64,000 nt of DNA, from positions 64,001 through 128,000 of the forward strand of contig JAYZAY010000085.1 of assembly GCA_036339465.1 (NCBI GenBank). The letters are read 5' to 3'. Shown in pieces: positions 30,360-39,809 of this stretch (the stretch's first letter is position 1; every line of letters begins with the position of its first letter). The notes beneath the pieces are model-generated. The model saw only the letters and a program-made list of their open reading frames with translations. It ran no database searches and was not told the DNA's origin. A program made the position numbers and the translations under genes. The DNA comes from Myxococcota bacterium. GTDB lineage: Bacteria > Myxococcota > XYA12-FULL-58-9 > JABJBS01.

Positions 30360-31496
30360 ATGACGCACCTGACGAATGCTGAAATACAGCGCTATTCGAG
30401 ACATCTTATCTTAGAAGAGGTTGGAATGGCGGGGCAGGAAAAACTGAAAGGAAGTTCCGTATTATGCGTGGGAACCGGAGGACTGGGTTCTCCGTTACTT
30501 CTGTATTTGGCTGCGGCTGGGGTGGGTCGAATCGGTGTTGTCGATTTTGATGTCGTTGATGTTTCGAATTTACAACGGCAGGTGCTCCATGGAACATCGT
30601 CGGTTGGAAAGAAAAAGATAGAATCAGCGAAAGAACGGATTCTCGATATCAACCCATTTGTTCAGGTCGATTTGTACGACCAGCCGTTAAATAGTGAGAA
30701 TGCACTCCAGACGATGGAGCCATATGATGTTGTTGTAGATGGTACCGACAATTTTCCGACACGGTATTTGGTCAATGATGCTTGTGTCTTGCTGGGAAAG
30801 CCCAATGTATATGGGTCGATCTTTAAGTTCGAAGGTCAGTGTACCGTTTTTAATTATGCAGGTGGTCCCAATTATCGCGACTTGTATCCTGAGCCTCCCC
30901 CTCCAGGCTTGGTACCCTCATGTGCCGAAGGCGGCGTTTTAGGTATTTTACCTGGTGTTATTGGATGTTTGCAGGCGACGGAAACAATTAAAGTACTTTT
31001 GGGGGTTGGGGAAACGTTAAGTGGGAGACTTCTCACCTACGATGCTCTCAATATGAAATTCAAAGAGTTTAAATTACGTTGTGACCCCGAGACCAAGCCG
31101 ATCACAGAACTTATTGATTATCAGCAATTCTGCGGAATTCCGGCCAATGGCCATGAACAAAGGAAAAATGCAGAAGGCGGGATTGAAAATATTTCTCCGG
31201 TTCAACTGAATTCTCGTTTGTCTGCGGTTGGACTACAGCTTGTTGATGTTAGAGAACCTCATGAGTGGGATATTTGCCGGATTCAGGGAGCGACCTTAAT
31301 TCCTTTGAGAGAAATAGAACAACGTTTGAGTGAACTGGACCCCCAAAAAGAAACGGTTGTCTATTGTAAAATGGGTGGTCGTTCTAAGAAAGCCTACGTC
31401 ATTCTAAATGGCAAAGGATTTGGTCGGTTGACTAATTTAGAGGGAGGCATCCGAGCTTGGAGCAAACAGGTCGACAGCGACATGCCTCAGTACTAA
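30360..31496 (+). CDS. moeB: MoeB/MoeZ-type sulfur-carrier adenylyltransferase with C-terminal rhodanese domain
   Basis: RYSRHL, GTGGLG, SNLQRQ, DGTDNF, and rhodanese DVREPHEW...YCKMGGRS. Confidence 0.92.
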   Translation: MTHLTNAEIQRYSRHLILEEVGMAGQEKLKGSSVLCVGTGGLGSPLLLYLAAAGVGRIGVVDFDVVDVSNLQRQVLHGTSSVGKKKIESAKERILDINPFVQVDLYDQPLNSENALQTMEPYDVVVDGTDNFPTRYLVNDACVLLGKPNVYGSIFKFEGQCTVFNYAGGPNYRDLYPEPPPPGLVPSCAEGGVLGILPGVIGCLQATETIKVLLGVGETLSGRLLTYDALNMKFKEFKLRCDPETKPITELIDYQQFCGIPANGHEQRKNAEGGIENISPVQLNSRLSAVGLQLVDVREPHEWDICRIQGATLIPLREIEQRLSELDPQKETVVYCKMGGRSKKAYVILNGKGFGRLTNLEGGIRAWSKQVDSDMPQY

Positions 31497-31507
31497 GATC
31501 CTAACTC

Positions 31508-31927
31508 TTAGGGAGCGTTGGATGAGGATCGGATCAGAGCTAGGATCCAGCCCCGGAAACCGATTAAATCTTTCTTTGTTGTGCGGGTGGTATCGACTTC
31601 AACACCGTGCTCGATGAGATTAGAGTCGCGGGTTGCTCTCCAAACCACACGTCCGGCCAACGATAGCTTTTGGCCTTGCGGTGGGATGTCGAAGTTGAGC
31701 TCTAAGTTCGACCCTATGGGAAGCTCTTGGTCTAGAATGATGCAGGTGCCAATTGGGCTAAGGTTTTTTGCTTCTCCAATGATCAGGGCGTGTGCTGAGA
31801 GTTGTATCTTGACGTCAACTTGAATGGCTTCACGTCGCAATCGCCTGCGGTTGTGGGGAGAGTTTTCTTCCTTGGCGGGCGTTTGACCACGGAGTTTTTT
31901 TGCTAGGTTTATCAAGAGCTCAATCAA
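31508..31927 (-). CDS. PilZ-domain protein
   Basis: NRRRLRR, NLSPIG, GRVVW, HGVEV. The likely TTG start overlaps the dnaJ stop. Confidence 0.75.
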   Translation of the reverse strand: MIELLINLAKKLRGQTPAKEENSPHNRRRLRREAIQVDVKIQLSAHALIIGEAKNLSPIGTCIILDQELPIGSNLELNFDIPPQGQKLSLAGRVVWRATRDSNLIEHGVEVDTTRTTKKDLIGFRGWILALIRSSSNAP

Positions 31928-33041
31928 CGTAGTCCTCGGCGGTGAGGGTTCCACTGTGACGTTTAAATCTTCTAATTTCCGGTTGATTCTTGGGTTGCAG
32001 TCGATTGCCAAAGGAACTTAGAAGTTCCTTTTGGTCTTCGGATAGATCTCTCGGAGTTTCAACTTGAACGATCACAATTTGATCTCCTCTATTACCACCA
32101 TTTGGAAGTTCTGGTGCCCCGAGTCCAGGAAAAATAAATTTAACACCAGACTGTGTGCCGGCAGGAATGTTGAGCTTCATTTTTCCTTCTAGGGTTGGGA
32201 ATAAGAATTCGCAGCCTAGACACGCATCGATAATCGATATGGGTACAGTTAGGGTGATGTTTTGACCGTCTCGTGCGAAAATGGGGTCATCTCTCACGTT
32301 GAGCACAACCCTTAGGTCACCGGGAAGTCCTCCCCTAAGCCCGGCATAACCCTCACCTTTATACCTCAAGATTGTTCCGCTGTCCGCACCGGGTGGGATC
32401 TGAACGACGAGGGCGGTTGAGAATTCGAGATTTCCATTGCCAGCACAGGTTTCGCATGGTGTCGTGACTATTTTCCCCGTTCCAGCGCAATAGTTGCAGT
32501 CTTGCTTTATAGAGAACAATCCCTGTTGAACTTGGATTTTTCCCCGGCCGGCACAGGCGCCACATATTTCAGGAATCGCAGTAGGTGGAAATCCTCTTCC
32601 GAGGCAATCCGCGCAAACTTTTATTTTGGGAATGTCGATTTTTCGTTCTCCTCCAAGAACGGCCATTTTTAGATCGATATTTAGTTTTAGTTTCTTATCT
32701 TGGCCACGGCGTTCTTCCGATTTCTTCTTTCTACCGAGGAAATCTCCGAAGACTTCGCTGAATATATCCCCAACCGACTGAGAACTTTGTGGTTGTTCTG
32801 ACCTGGTTTTGGGGTTAGGCCTTGGTGAAGTATTTGTCCCGAAGTTCTTGGAAGTCTTGTCGGTCTTTTGACTACTTAGGTGTTGGTAGGCAATTCCAGC
32901 TTCCTTAAATTTTTCCTCGGCGCCAGGATCATTTGGATTCTTGTCTGGGTGAAACTGGTGGGCGATTTTTCGATACGCTTGTTTGATTTGGTCTTGATTG
33001 GCATCCTTAGATAGTCCGAGCACCTCATATGGGTTTTTCAT
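31920..33041 (-). CDS. dnaJ: co-chaperone DnaJ
   Basis: J-domain HPD, four CxxCxGxG repeats, C-terminal domain. Confidence 0.93.
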   Translation of the reverse strand: MKNPYEVLGLSKDANQDQIKQAYRKIAHQFHPDKNPNDPGAEEKFKEAGIAYQHLSSQKTDKTSKNFGTNTSPRPNPKTRSEQPQSSQSVGDIFSEVFGDFLGRKKKSEERRGQDKKLKLNIDLKMAVLGGERKIDIPKIKVCADCLGRGFPPTAIPEICGACAGRGKIQVQQGLFSIKQDCNYCAGTGKIVTTPCETCAGNGNLEFSTALVVQIPPGADSGTILRYKGEGYAGLRGGLPGDLRVVLNVRDDPIFARDGQNITLTVPISIIDACLGCEFLFPTLEGKMKLNIPAGTQSGVKFIFPGLGAPELPNGGNRGDQIVIVQVETPRDLSEDQKELLSSFGNRLQPKNQPEIRRFKRHSGTLTAEDYVD

Positions 33042-33056
33042 GGGTACTCTCTAAGA

Positions 33057-34874
33057 TTAATTGTCGGGTCCCGAAGCTTCGAAGAGCGAAGATGCCAGCT
33101 TATGAGCAGCTTTCTCCAGAGCATCGGTATGGGTTTGTAGAGCTGCAGGATCATTTGATTGAAGAATATCCTCTACTTTCTCAAGTAGGGGTGAAATCTC
33201 TTGGTGCATTTCTTCGGCCACTTTGGAACCATATAGGTCTATTGCTTGTCGTGAGCTGTATAGGAGTGATTGAGCTTTATTTCTAAGCTCTGCATGGTCT
33301 TTGGTATGGCTGTCTCGTTCTCGGCTTGATTCGGCTTCAGAGATGATAGAATTGATTTCCGACTCACTCAGCCCTGCTTGCGCTCTGACCACGACGTTTT
33401 GAGACTGACCTGTTCCTAAATCTTTTGCTCCGACACTTACAATACCGTCTGAATTTATATCAAATGAAACTTGAATTTGGGGTATTCCCCTGGGAGCGGG
33501 TGGGATACCTGTTAGCTCAAATCGGGCCAGACTCTTGTTTTGGTTTGCCATTGGCCGCTCGCCCTGGAGCACGTGCACATAGACAATCGGTTGATTGTCG
33601 GTGGCGGTGGTAAAAGTTTGAACCTTACGGGTGGGGACCGTTGTATTTCGTGAGATGAGTGGCGTGAAGACGCCTCCCGCGGTCTCCACTCCGAGGGATA
33701 ATGGTGTAACGTCCAAAAGAAGCACTTCCTGGAGATCTCCCGATAGTACTGAGCCCTGGATACTGGCTCCCATCGCCACGACTTCGTCAGGATTGAGGCG
33801 ATAGTTTGGGGGCTGCTTGAAGAATGCTTCAACGTGAGTTTGAATGAGGGGCATTCTTGTCATTCCGCCTACCATCAAAACTTCGTCGATCTTGCTCAGG
33901 CCGATCTTTGCGTCTTCGAGTGCTAATTTACAGGGCTCTAAACTCTTGAGGACAAGAGGTTCCATGAGCGTTTCCAATTCTTCTCGGGTGATGCTGTACG
34001 ATAGGTGCAAGGGGCCGCTTGCATCAGCGGCAATAAACGGAAGATTAATATCCGATTTTTTCACCGAGGATAGATCGCGCTTGGTTTGTTCGGCTGCTTC
34101 TTTAACCCGTTGTAATGCCATGCGGTCAGTTCGGAGATCGGTTTGAAATTCTTGAGCGAACTTATCGCAGAGGTAATCAACGAGGAGGTGATCAAAATCC
34201 TCTCCACCCAACTCAGTATCTCCATTGGTGGAGCGCACTTTGTAGACGCCTGCGGACAGTTCTAAAATGGAGATATCGAACGTGCCTCCACCCATATCAT
34301 ATACAGCAATGGTTTTTGACTCATTTGAAGTGATTCCGTAGGCTAATGCGGCCGCGGTGGGTTCATTAATGATTCGCACGACATCTAGGTTCGCAATGCG
34401 TCCGGCATCTCGAGTGGCCTGACGTTGTGCATCGTTAAAATAGGCGGGTACGGTGATCACCGCCTTCTCGATTTTTTCACCCGTATATTGTTCGGCGATT
34501 CCACGCATATGCTCTAAAACAATGGATGATACGTGTTCAGGGGAATAGTCCTTGTTTCTAGCTCGAACGGAGGTTCCGCCCTGTTCAGTGTCATTGACCT
34601 GATAGGCGATTTTTGCTCTGAATTTATCGATGACTGGGTCATCACTCCTCCGTCCCATAAGTCTTTTCACTGAATGTAAGGTGTGCTCTGAATTTGTAGT
34701 GGCTTGTCGTTTTGCTATTTGCCCAACGAGGCACTTTGAGCCTTCAGTAAACGCGACGATAGACGGGGTCGTGCGCGATCCTTCTTTATTGGCTAGAACC
34801 ACAGGTTGTTTGCCCTCAACAATTGAGACGCAGGAGTTTGTGGTGCCTAAATCTATACCGATGATCCGACCCAT
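33057..34874 (-). CDS. dnaK: Hsp70 chaperone DnaK
   Basis: GIDLGTTNS, TVPAYFND, INEPTAAALAYG, GGGTFD, APRGIPQI. Confidence 0.96.
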   Translation of the reverse strand: MGRIIGIDLGTTNSCVSIVEGKQPVVLANKEGSRTTPSIVAFTEGSKCLVGQIAKRQATTNSEHTLHSVKRLMGRRSDDPVIDKFRAKIAYQVNDTEQGGTSVRARNKDYSPEHVSSIVLEHMRGIAEQYTGEKIEKAVITVPAYFNDAQRQATRDAGRIANLDVVRIINEPTAAALAYGITSNESKTIAVYDMGGGTFDISILELSAGVYKVRSTNGDTELGGEDFDHLLVDYLCDKFAQEFQTDLRTDRMALQRVKEAAEQTKRDLSSVKKSDINLPFIAADASGPLHLSYSITREELETLMEPLVLKSLEPCKLALEDAKIGLSKIDEVLMVGGMTRMPLIQTHVEAFFKQPPNYRLNPDEVVAMGASIQGSVLSGDLQEVLLLDVTPLSLGVETAGGVFTPLISRNTTVPTRKVQTFTTATDNQPIVYVHVLQGERPMANQNKSLARFELTGIPPAPRGIPQIQVSFDINSDGIVSVGAKDLGTGQSQNVVVRAQAGLSESEINSIISEAESSRERDSHTKDHAELRNKAQSLLYSSRQAIDLYGSKVAEEMHQEISPLLEKVEDILQSNDPAALQTHTDALEKAAHKLASSLFEASGPDN

Positions 34875-34973
34875 ATCAGTTACCTATCCTAGCCAAAAAA
34901 TGCCAGAAATCCTAATATTCTATTATTATCTGGAGAAGGGGCGCTGAACTCAAGGGTGGGGCGAGATTTATGT

Positions 34974-35687
34974 TTAGGATTTTATTTCGCCGCTCTCTGG
35001 TGCGTCAGAGGCTTCTTCCTCTGGGGTGGGAGCGGGGGTAGCCGCGGGGGCTTTGGCAACCATAACTCTTGCTGGTCTAAGTAGACGGCCGTTGAGTGTA
35101 TAGCCCTTTTCGTATTCTTGAACCACTGTGCCGGGTTCGACTTCTGCATTTTCGAGTTGGCCGAGGGCTTCGTGAAACTCAGGATTAAAGGGGCTATTGA
35201 CACTCTTAATCGGTAGTACCCCATAGTTTTCAAGCGTATTGGTCAATTGTTGAAGAACCATCCTGACGCCCTCTCCGAGGCTTTGATTGGCATCGGAGCT
35301 GGCGTGTTGAAGGGCCCGAGCCAGGTTATCCAGGGTTGGGAGTATATCTCGGATCAATTGCTCATTGCCAAAGCGACGAATATTCTCGGCTTCCTGACGG
35401 GTTCGCTTCTTATAGTTCTCAAAATCTGCAGCCATTCGTAGCAAGTGACTCTTGATTTCTTCAGCATCTTCACCCTCTTTTTGATTGTCAGCTACTGGAC
35501 TCGCTGCCTCTTTTTCTGGGGTGTCGTCAGTTGTGGTGGCTTCGTCGGGGGAGATGATTTCCGGTTCAGGTGCGGGAGACGAACTTTCAGGGCTCGCCCC
35601 ACCGGCCTCATCAGCCTCAATGGCTTTCAATGTTTTTGATAAGGGCTCTTCGATTTCCGTGCTTGTATCGATTTTAGCTTCATTCAT
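34974..35687 (-). CDS. grpE: nucleotide exchange factor GrpE
   Basis: ADFENYKKR, FNPEFHEA, GYTLNGRLLRPARVMV. Confidence 0.96.
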   Translation of the reverse strand: MNEAKIDTSTEIEEPLSKTLKAIEADEAGGASPESSSPAPEPEIISPDEATTTDDTPEKEAASPVADNQKEGEDAEEIKSHLLRMAADFENYKKRTRQEAENIRRFGNEQLIRDILPTLDNLARALQHASSDANQSLGEGVRMVLQQLTNTLENYGVLPIKSVNSPFNPEFHEALGQLENAEVEPGTVVQEYEKGYTLNGRLLRPARVMVAKAPAATPAPTPEEEASDAPESGEIKS

Positions 35688-35732
35688 CTTGCTTTAGCTC
35701 TCCGAGAATAGATTGAATATCGAGATTTGCGG

Positions 35733-35807
35733 TTTCTTTTACACTGTCATCCAAAACTTTCTTTCACACTGTCATCCAAAACTTTCTTTTACACTGTCAT
35801 CCAAAAC
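35733..35807. repeat. 3 x 25-bp tandem repeat (TTTCTTTYACACTGTCATCCAAAAC) duplicating the hrcA 3' end
   Basis: Units at 35733, 35758 and 35783, differing by a single T/C. Confidence 0.95.
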
Positions 35808-36814
35808 TTTCCAAGCAACTGGGATGCATAGTCTACCACGGGAATGAGTCGACTGTAGGGCATTCGGCTAGGGCCGATGACACCAAGGCCGGTGGGACCG
35901 GGATTGGTGGGTTGTCCCCAGGGCCCTGCTACACAGCTCAGGCCCAATGTACCAGCCAAATGTTCTTCGGCACCAAATCTTACCTGGATTTCCTTGCTGA
36001 TTAGCAGTTGATTAATAAATTCCAGAAGTACCATTTTGTTTTCTAGGATCCGGAGTATCCCACTCAGCTCGGAACTTTGGGCTATTTCCGGCTGGGCGGC
36101 TAGCTTACCTCGGCCTTGAAGAGTGATTTCGGTTTCAACCACGGGTAGGCCCTGCGTACTTAAAGCAGTGACAGCCTCAAGTAAATTGTGACAGAGGTTA
36201 CAGTCCTGGTGGATCTCGGCTTCGATAATGCCGTAAACATCTCGAAGGGAGCGATTCGTTAGCTTTGCATTTAGAAAGTTTTCCACTTTATTCAGTTCTG
36301 TCTGGTCCAAATCGAAACGGAGTTCCACCTGCTTTTGTTGAACAAATCCGTTTGGAGTTTCACAGAAAACAAAGAAATTCCTGGGCTTAAAGCGAATAAT
36401 GCCCAATTTTTTGATGCTTGTACCCACAAATCTTGGTGCGCTCACCCATGCGAGCTGTCCTGAAAGGTCAGAAAGTCTTAGGCCCAGTTGGCTAATAAAC
36501 TCTCCGGGAGAGTCTGCCTTGATGTCGTCGAGAAAGACTTTGTCACTTTGGCGAAGTTTAAAGGCAGAAAAGTCGGCAAGGTAAATTTTCCAGCCCAGTG
36601 GGGTTGGGATTCTCCCTGAGCTCGTGTGGGGTTGCATTAACAAGCCAGATTTTTCTAATTTGACGAGAATTGTGCGAACTGAAGCGGCCGAAATTTTGTG
36701 TTTTTTCAGATGTTTGGTGATGGCGGCTGAACCAACTGCATGCGCACTTGTGGTGTAAAGTTCAACGAGACAGCCGAGGATTTCGCGCTCACGTTTGTCA
36801 AGATCCAAAACCAT
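35789..36814 (-). CDS. hrcA: heat-inducible transcription repressor HrcA
   Basis: AVGS, SAASVR, QPHTSSGRIPT, LGVIGPSRMPY; lies upstream of grpE. Confidence 0.93.
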   Translation of the reverse strand: MVLDLDKREREILGCLVELYTTSAHAVGSAAITKHLKKHKISAASVRTILVKLEKSGLLMQPHTSSGRIPTPLGWKIYLADFSAFKLRQSDKVFLDDIKADSPGEFISQLGLRLSDLSGQLAWVSAPRFVGTSIKKLGIIRFKPRNFFVFCETPNGFVQQKQVELRFDLDQTELNKVENFLNAKLTNRSLRDVYGIIEAEIHQDCNLCHNLLEAVTALSTQGLPVVETEITLQGRGKLAAQPEIAQSSELSGILRILENKMVLLEFINQLLISKEIQVRFGAEEHLAGTLGLSCVAGPWGQPTNPGPTGLGVIGPSRMPYSRLIPVVDYASQLLGKFWMTV

Positions 36815-36995
36815 AGAGCGCCATATAAGGAATGCTTCATCGGTGCGTCAACAGATTCTGACCCCTCTTGGGGTTTTGGTGAAGGAAAATCAGATAGTTT
36901 TAGAGATCCTTGAAGTTCATTTGCACGGACTTTTTATTTGTCTCGCAAGCGTTTCGTGCGTTACTCTTAATGTATAGGGGGTTGAAGAGGAGAGC

Positions 36996-38243
36996 GTGGC
37001 CAGAAAAGATTTTCATAGTGCTCAACTGACGTGCTCGTTTTGTGGCAAGAGTCAGAAAGAAGTCCGTAAGTTAATTGCGGGGCCAACCGTGTACATTTGT
37101 GACGAGTGTATAAGATTGTGTAATGATATCATACACGAGGAATCAGAGGGAGAAGCCTCCCCTCCCCGTGATGACCGTTTACCCACGCCAGAGGAGCTAA
37201 GTGAGTTTCTCGGCGAGTATGTGATCGGACAGAATTATGCAAAGAAGGTTTTGTCGGTTGCGGTGTACAACCATTACAAGAGGGTGAACGCGGAGGTAGA
37301 GCCCGGAGACGTGGAAATATCGAAGTCCAATGTTCTTCTGGTGGGCCCTACGGGAGCGGGAAAGACTCTATTGGCTCAGACACTAGCACGGCGGCTTGAT
37401 GTCCCCTTTACCATTGCTGATGCTACAACATTGACTGAAGCTGGCTATGTCGGAGAGGATGTTGAAAATATAATTTCCAATCTCCTGGTGGCAGCGGAAA
37501 ACGACGTGGAGAGGGCCCAAAAGGGCATTATTTATATCGATGAGATCGACAAGGTTGCTCGGAAATCCGAATCGATGTCTATGACTCGGGATGTCTCTGG
37601 GGAGGGCGTTCAGCAGGCTCTCCTGAAAATTATTGAGGGAACCACAGCCAATGTGACCCCCCGAGGGGGCAAGAAATATGGGCAGTCCGAAGTTACTCAG
37701 GTGGATACATCAAATATCTTGGTTATTTGTGGCGGAAGTTTTACGGGTCTAGACAGTATTATTCGCCGTCGTACGGGACACCGGGGCTTGGGGTTTGGCG
37801 CAGAGATATCAATGGAGACCGAAGCTGGCTTGGGGGAACTACTGCGTTTGTTGGAGCCAGAAGATCTCCACCAATACGGACTTATTCCCGAATTTATTGG
37901 TCGATTGCCGGTGATCGTGACCCTTGAGGAACTGACACAGGAGCATTTGCAGCGAATACTGATCGAACCAAAAAATGCATTGGTGAAGCAATATCAAAAA
38001 TTGTTTGGGTTGGAGCATGTCCAGCTCTCATTTGAGGATGAGGCGATTTTGGCGGTTGCTGAGAAGGCAATCGTAAATAAAAGTGGGGCCCGTGGGCTTA
38101 GGGCTATCTTAGAAACGGCTATGCTCGACATCATGTACGAAATTCCTTTTATCGATGGGCTCAAGGAGTGTCGAATCACCCAGGGGGTTATTCTTCGTGG
38201 TGAAAAACCATGTTTATCCTTTGAGGCTAAGAAGTCTGCTTGA
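36996..38243 (+). CDS. clpX: ATP-dependent Clp protease ATP-binding subunit ClpX
   Basis: CSFCGK...CDEC zinc domain, [29 protein letters not shown] loop. Confidence 0.97.
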   Translation: MARKDFHSAQLTCSFCGKSQKEVRKLIAGPTVYICDECIRLCNDIIHEESEGEASPPRDDRLPTPEELSEFLGEYVIGQNYAKKVLSVAVYNHYKRVNAEVEPGDVEISKSNVLLVGPTGAGKTLLAQTLARRLDVPFTIADATTLTEAGYVGEDVENIISNLLVAAENDVERAQKGIIYIDEIDKVARKSESMSMTRDVSGEGVQQALLKIIEGTTANVTPRGGKKYGQSEVTQVDTSNILVICGGSFTGLDSIIRRRTGHRGLGFGAEISMETEAGLGELLRLLEPEDLHQYGLIPEFIGRLPVIVTLEELTQEHLQRILIEPKNALVKQYQKLFGLEHVQLSFEDEAILAVAEKAIVNKSGARGLRAILETAMLDIMYEIPFIDGLKECRITQGVILRGEKPCLSFEAKKSA

Positions 38244-38358
38244 TTCCACCTTGAAGAGACAACCTATTTAATCCTATGGTGAAGCTTAAATTGTTAGTCT
38301 GAACAGGGGCTACCAGGGTTCTCATTATTTGAGGCCATAGCTGATTTGTAGGAAAACA

Positions 38359-39789
38359 ATGTATCGCGCAGCGGTTGTAGATGTTGGTTCAAATGCGGTT
38401 CGACTCGCTTGGGTGAGGGTAGGTCTTTTAGGACATACCCTTGAGCATGGGTTTCACCGGTTTCCCATTCGTCTCGGTGCAGATGTTTTCTCTGAAGGCT
38501 CTATTTCAAAGAGCAAATTTGTGAAACTCCAATTGGCTTTCGATGAGATTTCGAAAACAATCACGAAGCAAAATATTTTGTCTTATCGAGCGGTCGCTAC
38601 CTCAGCCATGCGGGAGGCAGTCAATGGTGATGCGGTGGTTGATGCTCTTTGTGCTACCACCTCGGTCCGCCTAGAAATCATTGATGGCGTTGAGGAACTA
38701 AGGCTCTCACGTTCCGCTCTGGAGCGGGTGGTTGGGAATGTATTGAACGATACGCTTTTCTTGGATTTGGGAGGGGGCTCCTTGGAGCTTGAGCGTGCCG
38801 ACGGGAATTTTTCGGTGTCTCTTCCTATTGGTACGGTTCGGCTTTTAGAGGGGTTCCCGGAGCTTCGTGCTCCATTATCCGAAGCGGCTTTTTGGGGCTT
38901 AATAGAAAAATTAGGCGATGAATTGAGGGACTATTTAGAGCGTTGTAATGTGGGCGAAGTCGCCATTGGAACCGGCGGCAATCTCGGAGTTTTATCGCAA
39001 CTCGTCAACGGAACGGGGGCGCCGATTCCCAGTTTATCGATGACAAAGTTACCAAAAGTTTTGGTAGACCTCTCAATGTTGTCTGTGGCGGAGCGTATGG
39101 AGCGTTACGCACTACGAGAAGACAGAGCGGATTCAATTGTCGCTGCGGGGATAGCCCTCCTGGCTATCGCAAAATTTTTTGATATTAAGGAAATACTTGT
39201 ACCTGGAACCGGTCTACGGGATCAGGTTCTCTATGAATTACTCGCCCAAAAGTTGGGAGGGGCCCGGATTTTTTCGCACTTGCCAAAGAGTTACAATGTT
39301 TCGAGTTCCTACATTCAACACTGTGAAAAATTGAGTCGAGACATCTTTAATGCTTTCTCTCCTTTTCACCAACTTTGGCCACCAGCCCAAATGATTTTAT
39401 TAGCGGCGCTTATTTATCGAGATTTGGGTGTCGTTCTAGATCCAGAAAACCCAGCGGCCCATTCGTCCTATATGGTTCGTCATGATTCTCGACTCGCTTT
39501 GGATGAAAGTATGAGGCGAGTGGTGGTCGCTCTTATGATGACCGAACGCAAATTGGGTAGGGGTGCGAAGGGAGTTCGATTGAACCCCATCGAAAAACGT
39601 GTTTTTTATTCTCTGGTCCCAATGTTTTTGTTGGGACTTCGGTTGAGGCATCGGAGAGATGACTTTGCTTTATCCGTAATTCATCGCTCAGAAGGGGCAA
39701 CGGTTTATCTGGATATTGATGATCCCGATTTAGAGGACATTATGGCGGGTGCCAATCGCGTCTGGAAATCCTCGATTAGGTTGTCATGA
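38359..39789 (+). CDS. ppx: Ppx/GppA-family exopolyphosphatase
   Basis: DVGSNAVR, ATSAMREA, DLGGGSLE, RADSIV, GLRD. Confidence 0.85.
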   Translation: MYRAAVVDVGSNAVRLAWVRVGLLGHTLEHGFHRFPIRLGADVFSEGSISKSKFVKLQLAFDEISKTITKQNILSYRAVATSAMREAVNGDAVVDALCATTSVRLEIIDGVEELRLSRSALERVVGNVLNDTLFLDLGGGSLELERADGNFSVSLPIGTVRLLEGFPELRAPLSEAAFWGLIEKLGDELRDYLERCNVGEVAIGTGGNLGVLSQLVNGTGAPIPSLSMTKLPKVLVDLSMLSVAERMERYALREDRADSIVAAGIALLAIAKFFDIKEILVPGTGLRDQVLYELLAQKLGGARIFSHLPKSYNVSSSYIQHCEKLSRDIFNAFSPFHQLWPPAQMILLAALIYRDLGVVLDPENPAAHSSYMVRHDSRLALDESMRRVVVALMMTERKLGRGAKGVRLNPIEKRVFYSLVPMFLLGLRLRHRRDDFALSVIHRSEGATVYLDIDDPDLEDIMAGANRVWKSSIRLS

Positions 39790-39809
39790 GTATCGGTTAG
39801 GGGAAGAAG

